Part shown: positions 7,390 to 14,242 of the stretch, piece by piece
Layout of the letters: each line of letters starts with the position of its first letter
How positions within the stretch are numbered: position 1 is the stretch's first letter
IMG/VR virus record: IMGVR_UViG_3300020578_003394
Location: 1 to 24,806 of that record
Reading direction: 5' to 3' (one strand)
Origin: a virus
Lineage: Duplodnaviria > Caudoviricetes
DNA: 24,806 bases
Notes under the pieces: generated by a model
Databases searched by the model: none
What the model saw: only the letters and a program-made list of their open reading frames with translations
What the model was told of the DNA's origin: nothing
Made by a program: the position numbers and the translations under genes

Positions 7390-9636
7390 TTATTTATTTT
7401 CTAGTGATGATAATCTTGATAAAATATCTTGTAATAATTTATCTTTTTCTTCTAGTTCTTTCTGTAAATAGTCATTTTTTTGTGATAATTCTTGAATTGC
7501 TTTGACCATTGGAGAAATAAATTCATCATATCGTAAAGCATGTTCGTCTAGAGATGGTTCATAAATATAGCCAGCAAAATCATTCTCTCCCAATGCCTCT
7601 TTAATTTGCTGTGCTATGAAGCCGTAATGTGGTCTGACGCCTGTTTTTTGAATTTTCACCTCTTCTCCGTTGGAACCTGTTGCATAAGTTATATCTCTTA
7701 TTTTATATTTATAAGATACGGGTTTTATTTTATTGATAAATTCTAATCCTAAAATACTTTCTTTTATATCATATTTTATTCTTTCATCGGATGTAGATAC
7801 TATACCATTATTTGAGTAAACGGTTCCACCATCTGGGTTTAATTTTAAGATATAATTCGTTTCTCCGATGGTGCCTTCCAAACCAGCAGATTTAACTTGT
7901 ATTCTACCTGCATTTTCACTGGAGTGATGATGGCCTAAATTTAATGCTACATCGCCATTCCATACGTTAATTCCTGCTCCGGTTGTTGTACCACCCTTAA
8001 CCCATAATTGACCTGTACTTTTTACAAACATCAATCTAGTATTATCAACATACCAATCAAAAATATTTCCACTATCGCCATAAGAAACTTTATTTCTTAT
8101 TCCACCCAAACCCTTATTTTCAATTTGCATCATTCCATCAGTACCAGAATATCTTATAACTCTACCGCTATAATCGCCATCTCCTCCAGCGGAAGGATTA
8201 CCACCCGGATAGCCGTAATAATCATCAGAATGAAAATCTATAAATGAATTTCTATTTCCTGCTCCATAATAATTTAATTCTATAGCTCCATCCGTTACAT
8301 AATTGTTATTTAAACGACCTATCCTTACACTTCCACCGGCAGGATTGATATATAAATCAGTAGCACTTCCAGCGCTATTCTTTGCTTGTATCCTACCGTA
8401 TTCATTTCCTGCGGCGACATATTTGTATCCAATCATCAAACCGCTTGTTGTATTATCTTCATCTTGTAATAATAATTGTCCTTGGTCGTCGCCAACGCCA
8501 TTGGAAGCAGCGCTCTCACCAATTATTTTTAAAGTTGGAGTGGTGTTATTTGGAGTACCAGCTCTAATAGTTGTCTTACCAGCTTGTAATAAAAGTTCAC
8601 TTTCTTGATTTATAACATTACTATAAGCATTATTAGTAACAGTATACAATCTTTTTCTATAAGTTATAAAGTCCTCTTTGTTATAGCGTTCTTGTGTATC
8701 GTATCCCTGATAAGAATATGAAGAGAGTTTATAATCTGCGTTTCCGCTTGGAAAGGTATTAGTAAAATACCACTTTCCTTTATCATAACCAGTTGTTGGG
8801 TCATTAGCGGCGGCAAAAAAAGAAGTTTTTAAAGCTGCCGCCAAAGAAGCAAATTTAAAAGCTCCTTCTTCTGCAGCACTAAATGCGATACTACTTAATT
8901 TAAAGCCGTGCGAAGAAGAGAAATTGTTATAACTACCTGTATATTGCGTATGCGATTGTGATACGGAATTAAATCTGCTTATCGGCGTAACAGTAGGATT
9001 GGCGCCCCCATCAAAATTAAAGCCAGCTATATCGTTTGAAACCTGCGCTGCGGTTCTAAAAGTATTAGATAATCCCACTGGAATACTGGTTCCGTTCTCT
9101 AGCCCAGTTTTAAAGCTTTTTAAGCCTGTCAAATCAGTATTGGTAGAGGTTTTAAAGCTTTTTAGGTCTGTTAAATCTGTGTTGGTAGTAGTCTTGAAAC
9201 CTTTCAAATCAATCAAGTCTGTGTTGGCTGATGCTTTAAACCCTTTTAAATCTGATAAATCTATATTTGCATTGGTCTTGAAACTCTTTAAATCGGTTAA
9301 ATCTAAACCGGCATTAGTTTTAAAGCTTTTAAGGTCCGTCAAATCCGTATTGGCAGTAGTCTTGAATCCTTTTAGGTCTGTTAAATCCGTATTGGCGGTA
9401 GTCTTGAATCCTTTTAGGTCTGTTAAATCTATACCTGTATTAGTTTTGAAACTTTTTAGGTCTGTTAAATCTATACCTGTATTAGTTTTGAAACTTTTTA
9501 GGTCTGTTAAATCTATACCTGTATTAGTTTTAAAGCTTTTAAGGTCTATCAAGTCTGTGTTAGCAGAAGTCTTAAAACCCTCTAACCTTTTTAATTTTAC
9601 TCTTAAAAAATTAATATCATTCTTTGGATTGCTCAT
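7390..9636 (-). CDS. Tail fibre/spike protein with N-terminal 14-aa repeat shaft and C-terminal peptidase S74 intramolecular chaperone
   Basis: C-terminal SDERIKYDI...GLEFINKIKPVSY...GFIAQQI...LRYDEFISPMVKAIQEL plus coiled coil is the S74 signature; AAGGA RBS. Confidence 0.85.
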   Translation of the reverse strand: MSNPKNDINFLRVKLKRLEGFKTSANTDLIDLKSFKTNTGIDLTDLKSFKTNTGIDLTDLKSFKTNTGIDLTDLKGFKTTANTDLTDLKGFKTTANTDLTDLKSFKTNAGLDLTDLKSFKTNANIDLSDLKGFKASANTDLIDLKGFKTTTNTDLTDLKSFKTSTNTDLTGLKSFKTGLENGTSIPVGLSNTFRTAAQVSNDIAGFNFDGGANPTVTPISRFNSVSQSHTQYTGSYNNFSSSHGFKLSSIAFSAAEEGAFKFASLAAALKTSFFAAANDPTTGYDKGKWYFTNTFPSGNADYKLSSYSYQGYDTQERYNKEDFITYRKRLYTVTNNAYSNVINQESELLLQAGKTTIRAGTPNNTTPTLKIIGESAASNGVGDDQGQLLLQDEDNTTSGLMIGYKYVAAGNEYGRIQAKNSAGSATDLYINPAGGSVRIGRLNNNYVTDGAIELNYYGAGNRNSFIDFHSDDYYGYPGGNPSAGGDGDYSGRVIRYSGTDGMMQIENKGLGGIRNKVSYGDSGNIFDWYVDNTRLMFVKSTGQLWVKGGTTTGAGINVWNGDVALNLGHHHSSENAGRIQVKSAGLEGTIGETNYILKLNPDGGTVYSNNGIVSTSDERIKYDIKESILGLEFINKIKPVSYKYKIRDITYATGSNGEEVKIQKTGVRPHYGFIAQQIKEALGENDFAGYIYEPSLDEHALRYDEFISPMVKAIQELSQKNDYLQKELEEKDKLLQDILSRLSSLENK
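9094..9597 (-). repeat. 42-bp in-frame tandem repeat, about 12 units (DLTDLK[SG]FKTxxxx)
   Basis: 11 clear units plus one degenerate first unit. Units in about 9410-9540 are nearly identical at the DNA level (tttttaggtctgttaaatctatacctgtattagttttgaaac). Confidence 0.95.
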
Positions 9637-9670
9637 AAAAACATTTATCCTTTATGGCAATTAAATGCTA

Positions 9671-10300
9671 TTACCATTTACGGCAGGACCATTTTTTTAC
9701 AATATCGTAGTTGATTGACAATAATAAAGAAATTTGTTTTTTGCTAATGCCGTCGCTAACTAACTTATTAATTTCATCATATTGTACTTTTGTTAAAACT
9801 CTTCTTTCTCTGGCAGCTTTTGCTTGTTTTTTTCTCATCAAATTTTTAAATTCTTCGGTTTGATAATTAGATTTATCAATTTTAGGTTTTTTCATCTTTT
9901 GTATAGTTTGTGCGGAATGTTTTTTACCGTGCATTCTTAAATAGTTTTTAGGTTTTCCTTTTAAGGCCAAACTTCTTTTTAAGTTACTTTCTTCTGTCAT
10001 TATTAAACCGTTGTTCCCATCGCCACCCAAGGTTGCATTATATCCACTCTTATAAGAACCAAACTTTTCTATAAATTCTATTTCTTTACTTTTTGCTTCT
10101 TCTGCGGTATTACATTCTAATAAAACTTTTTTATCCCAACAATCAAATCCATATTTTTTTATTGCATTATAAAATGGCGTGTTGACTTGTTTTTTTGAAT
10201 TTCTACAGTGTTGTTTCCATCTTTTTTCAATAGAATGTTTTGTATAGCCAATATAACATTTATCAGTAAATTTATTTTGTATCAAATATACTATAAACAT
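9671..10300 (-). mobile_element. Free-standing GIY-YIG homing endonuclease (Seg-like)
   Basis: IVYLIQN...CYIGYT...RW..H, conserved E (KEIEFI), GYNAT.GG, NUMOD3-like GKKHS..T..KM segments, C-terminal HTH. Confidence 0.9.
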
Positions 10301-10303
10301 TTT

Positions 10304-10720
10304 TTACCAAGCCTTGCATGACCAGTAACCAGCCGTAGTTCTATCTTTCTTTTGCGAACATTTATGTCTGGCTCTAAATGACTTTCTACGTTTTGGATTT
10401 GATTTTTTAATTTTCATTTTTTTGTCGCCAAAGTTAACTTTTACGACATTCCCTTTTTTATTACGGACATAAACAGCTCTTTTTTTTGGGCCACCGGGAG
10501 TTAAAAAAGGCTTACCTAAACTTACTTTACGTCCTTGATATTCTGCTTCTTCAAGAGTATCTGGGCAACCGCAAGTCATTACTTCATATAGGCAAGCTTC
10601 GCAAACCGGCGTACCATCATCTAATATTGAAGTATCCTCTCCTAGTTCGCTTTCAAATATCAAATGCTCATGCAAGCTTTCTTTTATTATATTTTGTAAA
10701 TGTGTCTTATTGATTAACAT
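10304..10720 (-). CDS. Hypothetical protein: IIKE leader, CxxC, and basic RRKSFRARHKC...YWSCKAW domain
   Basis: 138 aa; the C-terminal basic domain is one I recall from large T4-like/cyanophage genomes; leader MLINKTHLQNIIKES. Confidence 0.75.
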   Translation of the reverse strand: MLINKTHLQNIIKESLHEHLIFESELGEDTSILDDGTPVCEACLYEVMTCGCPDTLEEAEYQGRKVSLGKPFLTPGGPKKRAVYVRNKKGNVVKVNFGDKKMKIKKSNPKRRKSFRARHKCSQKKDRTTAGYWSCKAW

Positions 10721-10721
10721 T

Positions 10722-11219
10722 TTATTTTTCCGGTTGGTTTGGTAATTTATTACCTTTTTGTTGATTTTGTTTTGCTGTGATTATTGTTAAATTTTCTGCT
10801 ATATGTAAACCGCAAACTTCTTTTCCATTCAAAGGATATATATGATCAACTTGATAAATATTTTCTTTTAAATTCATTTCTTCGCATAATAAATAAATTT
10901 TTTTAATAGCTTCTAAATCTGCCCAAGGTGGAGTTTGTTTTTTAACTCTTTTATGACGACAAGAACAGGAAACACTTCTTAATATTTTTCCTCTTTTGCT
11001 TTTAGCCCAAGTTGAGTAAGCTTTTCTTCTTTTATCTAAATTTTTGTTTCTATAGCGTAAATCTATTTTTCTTCTACTTATAAGTCTATTTTCTTTTTTC
11101 GATCTTCTTATATCTGTTTGTTTCTGTTTACATTTTTTAGAACAATATTTTTGCCTACTAAAATATTTACTTTCATTAAAAAAAGACTGTCCACAAGCAA
11201 TACAAATTTTACTATCCAC
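10722..11219 (-). mobile_element. Free-standing HNH endonuclease with N-terminal CxxC/CxxxC zinc finger
   Basis: TPPWAD...VDHIYPL.GKEVCGLH..NL.I.....N..K.N signature. Likely start is GTG at 11219, overlapping the upstream stop; the ORF-track extension to 11462 overlaps another gene. Confidence 0.85.
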
Positions 11220-11541
11220 CTTTTTTACCCCATTTTTTTCCCTTACCCGGCATTGAACAAGCACTTGGTGTCGGCCTACAGGAAGGATATTTTCTTTTTT
11301 CTCCGGTTTGTCTACCACACGACTTACAAGTTTTTTTGCCAGTCTTGGGGTTAGTTCTACAAGAAGAACAATCCACCCAACCTTTGCTTTTACCTTTTCC
11401 ACCTTGACGCTGAAACCAACCGTGTAGACCACTGCTTTTCTCTTTATCAAAAGTACCTTCAACCAGTAAATCGCTTACATCAAGATATTCTTCTTGAATT
11501 ATTTCCCGAATCATGTTTTCTAATAAAGATTTAATAGACAT
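11212..11541 (-). CDS. Hypothetical protein: MIREII.EE leader plus basic Cys/Trp domain (GLHGWF..GWVDC..CGR..YPSCRP; possibly DUF5872-like)
   Basis: 109 aa; TAATG overlap with the upstream gene; acidic leader then a K/G/C-rich domain. Confidence 0.75.
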   Translation of the reverse strand: MSIKSLLENMIREIIQEEYLDVSDLLVEGTFDKEKSSGLHGWFQRQGGKGKSKGWVDCSSCRTNPKTGKKTCKSCGRQTGEKRKYPSCRPTPSACSMPGKGKKWGKKGG

Positions 11542-12002
11542 TATTTTTTCTTTTTAGCAACCTTGCCTTTACGGCAACGCACAATAAAACCAGAAGCATA
11601 AGCAGAAGGGAAGACATCGTATTTTTGTTTAGCTAAACGGTAACAGCGATCTTTCTTTTCTTTTAAAAACTCTTCCGGCAAATATAATTGCTCATCGCTA
11701 TCTCCAAATACTTCTGGATTGCGAGCGTGCCATTTAACATGTTGCTCGTATTCGTCTGGTAAGACGTTTCCATCGCCATTTAAATCAAAGTGATAATATA
11801 ATTCCGCTGGGCTATATACACCATCACCATTCAAATCTGGATCTCCGCTTTGCGATTTACCGTATTCATCTGGTGCTGGATCACAGCCACATTCTTCCAT
11901 AGTATTCATTTGCGGAACACCTTCGCCATCCATGGGATGGAAATGTTTATAAGTGTCCGTTTCTAATTTAGCAGTTGGTTTTTTTAATTTAATCTTGATC
12001 AT
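11541..12002 (-). CDS. Hypothetical protein: MIKIKLKK start, two EF-hand-like loops, C-terminal basic PSAYASG domain
   Basis: Start reassigned to ATG 12002 because the upstream extension runs through the promoter motif and terminator tail. Loops DLNGDGVYSPAE and DLNGDGNVLPDE; tail DRCY..AK.KYDVFPSAYASG..VRCRK. Confidence 0.75.
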   Translation of the reverse strand: MIKIKLKKPTAKLETDTYKHFHPMDGEGVPQMNTMEECGCDPAPDEYGKSQSGDPDLNGDGVYSPAELYYHFDLNGDGNVLPDEYEQHVKWHARNPEVFGDSDEQLYLPEEFLKEKKDRCYRLAKQKYDVFPSAYASGFIVRCRKGKVAKKKK

Positions 12003-12006
12003 AACT

Positions 12007-12015
12007 ATAAATAGT
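12007..12015 (-). promoter_or_regulatory. ACTATTTAT motif, 4 nt before ATG (putative leaderless late promoter)
   Basis: Minus strand ACTATTTAT-agtt-ATG, no Shine-Dalgarno. Confidence 0.6.
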
Positions 12016-12017
12016 AT

Positions 12018-12054
12018 AAAAAACAAACAGGGGAGAACAAATTTGTTCTCCCCT
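12018..12054 (-). terminator. Intrinsic terminator after hsp20
   Basis: Perfect 26-bp palindrome AGGGGAGAACAAATTTGTTCTCCCCT (12029-12054), followed on the minus strand by GTTTGTTTTTT. Confidence 0.85.
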
Positions 12055-12082
12055 CAATATTATATTACATATTAATTAATAT

Positions 12083-12454
12083 TTAAGATATCGTAACGGC
12101 TATGTTTTTTTTAGCTGGCTTAATTCTTGGTAGCGTTACTAGCAATAAACCATTTTCTAACTTAGCTGTAATGCCAGAAACATCTACCGCTTCATCAATA
12201 TGCCATGAGCATTTAAAATTGCGAACTGCTTTAGACTTAATAGTTGTATTCGCTTGAACAGTTAATAAGCTATCTTCAAAATCTATCTTGAGATTTTCTT
12301 TAGTCATTCCGGGTAATGGAATTTCTATAGTCCATTCTTTGTCGCCAGCAGTGACATAATATTCGCTTTTAGAATAAGCTGGATCATGTTTAAAAGCTGG
12401 CGAGGCATAGATATCGAATACATCCATCAAAGTGTTAAGTGTGTGTAAAGACAT
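12083..12454 (-). CDS. Small heat-shock protein (Hsp20/alpha-crystallin family)
   Basis: IEIPLPGMTKENLKI...LLTV, ITAKLENGLLLVTLP (A.L.NG.L motif), C-terminal V-T-I; AAGGAG RBS. Confidence 0.92.
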   Translation of the reverse strand: MSLHTLNTLMDVFDIYASPAFKHDPAYSKSEYYVTAGDKEWTIEIPLPGMTKENLKIDFEDSLLTVQANTTIKSKAVRNFKCSWHIDEAVDVSGITAKLENGLLLVTLPRIKPAKKNIAVTIS

Positions 12455-12498
12455 AGTTATTCTCCTTTATAATCGCTGGTTAGTCCAACAGCAGAGAT

Positions 12499-12526
12499 AT
12501 AATAAAACAAGCTAATAATATGTCAA
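12499..12526 (-). promoter_or_regulatory. Sigma70-type promoter for hsp20
   Basis: Minus strand TTGACA-N16-TATTAT in the intergenic gap. Confidence 0.65.
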
Positions 12527-12529
12527 GAT

Positions 12530-12913
12530 CTAATTTAACATTGTTGAAAAACCATAATTTTTTTGTAAATACTCTTTTGTTTCTTCAAAATTATTTACTA
12601 AGGTTTGCAACATAGTTAATTCATTTTTAGTTAGTAAAATGCCATCGATTTTATTTTTTGCTGCAAATTCTACTAATTTTTCATCTGGTTCTTTTATTTT
12701 TTTGCTAATAAAGTCTTTTAAAACTTTTGCATTCAAATAAGCATCCATATAATCTGATAATGGCGTACTATCCCAATTTTCTATATCATATTTCTGTACC
12801 ATGTTCTTAACGGTGTCAGAAAACATGCGCGTGCATCTATCAGAATCTGTTAATAAATTCAAAACTTTATTGAGAGTTATTGTATAATACTGTATTTTAG
12901 AATTATTGGACAT
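12530..12913 (-). CDS. Hypothetical protein
   Basis: 127-aa ORF filling the gap; preceded by the ACTATTTAT motif. Confidence 0.65.
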   Translation of the reverse strand: MSNNSKIQYYTITLNKVLNLLTDSDRCTRMFSDTVKNMVQKYDIENWDSTPLSDYMDAYLNAKVLKDFISKKIKEPDEKLVEFAAKNKIDGILLTKNELTMLQTLVNNFEETKEYLQKNYGFSTMLN

Positions 12914-12917
12914 TAAT

Positions 12918-12926
12918 ATAAATAGT
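12918..12926 (-). promoter_or_regulatory. ACTATTTAT motif, 4 nt before ATG (putative leaderless late promoter)
   Basis: Minus strand ACTATTTAT-atta-ATG, no Shine-Dalgarno; same spacing as at 12007. Confidence 0.6.
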
Positions 12927-12930
12927 TATA

Positions 12931-13248
12931 TTAACCTTTTATAACTTTTTTATCAGAAGACGCATTCATGTCCAATAATTTAAGAATACTATCTAAATCT
13001 CCTAGAACAACTGTTTCATGACCAGAGCTACCGCGATTTAAATATAATCTAGTAAATTTTTGTTGTTTTTGTAATCCTTCTGCACACTTAGGATTATCTC
13101 TAATAGTATTTTCTATCAAAATATCATTTTTTAAATTAGTAATAAAATTAGGATTAATAGCAATTTCTCTTATGGAGAAAGTTTTAAAACCTTCGGCTTT
13201 ATTATAGTTTACTATCTCTTCATAAATTTCCAATAGTTTTATAAACAT
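12931..13248 (-). CDS. Hypothetical protein (weakly FlbD-like small beta domain)
   Basis: Start MFIKLLE at 13248 has a GGAG RBS; IAINPNFI...FTRLYL..G.E..V pattern. Confidence 0.65.
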   Translation of the reverse strand: MFIKLLEIYEEIVNYNKAEGFKTFSIREIAINPNFITNLKNDILIENTIRDNPKCAEGLQKQQKFTRLYLNRGSSGHETVVLGDLDSILKLLDMNASSDKKVIKG

Positions 13249-13489
13249 TAGTATCTCCATTTATTATAAAGGCTTCTTCTGATTTAACCATATATTCTTC
13301 ATTTTTTATACTAACAACATAAAAATCGTATATTGACTTCTTTAATATTAAAGCAACAATTGGCCTATCAACTAACTTAGCAGGCATAGGTCTATCATAA
13401 ACAAATCTTTTATCACTATTAATTAGTCTATATAATGTAGTACCTTGCGGTAAATGTACTAAATCGCCTATATTAAATATATTATCCAT
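13220..13489 (-). CDS. Hypothetical protein (possible SH3-like barrel)
   Basis: FNIGDLV start motif; overlaps both neighbours in operon style. Confidence 0.6.
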   Translation of the reverse strand: MDNIFNIGDLVHLPQGTTLYRLINSDKRFVYDRPMPAKLVDRPIVALILKKSIYDFYVVSIKNEEYMVKSEEAFIINGDTNVYKTIGNL

Positions 13490-13793
13490 TATTGCTTTCT
13501 TGACTGTTAGTATTAGAAGAATTGTCTTGTATAATCTTGATTTTTTGTTCTGTATTGTATTTTACGTATCCTAATAAAATACTATAGCAATCTTCTAAGT
13601 TATTGTCAATAAGAGAAAGCGACTTTCTAATACTATCTATCTCTTCAATAACCGTAGTATGGTTATCACTATAAGTGCAATTAGACAGCTTTTCTTTTAC
13701 AGAAGATATGCTTTCTACTAAACGTTCCATAATTTTAGATACTTCATCTGGTATATTATCTATTGGTACAGTTATAACAATTTTAGCATTCAT
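13482..13793 (-). CDS. Hypothetical helical protein
   Basis: Start reassigned to MNAKIVITV at 13793 (GGAG RBS); the ORF-track extension runs through a terminator hairpin. Confidence 0.65.
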   Translation of the reverse strand: MNAKIVITVPIDNIPDEVSKIMERLVESISSVKEKLSNCTYSDNHTTVIEEIDSIRKSLSLIDNNLEDCYSILLGYVKYNTEQKIKIIQDNSSNTNSQESNNG

Positions 13794-13802
13794 ATTGTCT
13801 CC

Positions 13803-13834
13803 AAAAAGAAAAGGAACGGAATCAATCCGTTCCT
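13803..13834 (-). terminator. Intrinsic terminator-like hairpin
   Basis: 9-bp stem AGGAACGGA/TCCGTTCCT (13812-13834), 5-nt loop, followed on the minus strand by TTTCTTTTT. Confidence 0.7.
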
Positions 13835-13864
13835 CTACTATAACACAACATTGCAACAGTTAAA

Positions 13865-14194
13865 CTACTTTCCTAAAGCTTTTAACATCATGTCACCTAA
13901 AGCCGTTATAACTCCACCACCTAATAACCATAATATTTTAGTTACTGAGGATTGGTTTTGTTTTAAAATAGCAACATCTTCTATAAGATTACGTGGAACT
14001 AATTGTTCTAATTTAGTTAAACGTCTATCTTGTTCCGATAAAGAGGTATGCAAGTCTTCTACGCTAGCCTCTAACTTTTCTATATTATTATTAACTTGTT
14101 CCAGCTTTGCAACAAGTCTTTCAGTATTCAATTTTATTTCATGAATACCCTCTGTCAATTCTCTGACAGCGTATTCAAGGTTGGATTCCTCCAT
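13865..14194 (-). CDS. Coiled-coil protein with C-terminal hydrophobic segment (XhlA/holin-accessory-like)
   Basis: Long heptad region, RRLTKLE motif, then ILWLLGGGVITALG; GGGAG RBS. Confidence 0.55.
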   Translation of the reverse strand: MEESNLEYAVRELTEGIHEIKLNTERLVAKLEQVNNNIEKLEASVEDLHTSLSEQDRRLTKLEQLVPRNLIEDVAILKQNQSSVTKILWLLGGGVITALGDMMLKALGK

Positions 14195-14232
14195 GACGAA
14201 CTCCCGCTATGCCAGAAAATTGGCAGGCATAT

Positions 14233-14241
14233 ATAATTAGT
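14233..14241 (-). promoter_or_regulatory. ACTAATTAT variant of the putative late-promoter motif
   Basis: Immediately after the groEL stop, upstream of 13865..14194; one mismatch. Confidence 0.4.
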
Positions 14242-14242
14242 C

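Noticed and set aside
9094-9597. CRISPR array
   Set aside because: Units are contiguous 42-bp in-frame coding repeats with no unique spacers, and there are no cas genes.
11220-11462. N-terminal extension of the HNH ORF, or an intron or frameshift fusion with 11212..11541
   Set aside because: The extension is the alternate frame of a coherent upstream gene and a GTG start overlaps its stop. No group I intron core is visible and both flanking genes look complete. The adjacent A7 runs mean slippage cannot be strictly excluded.
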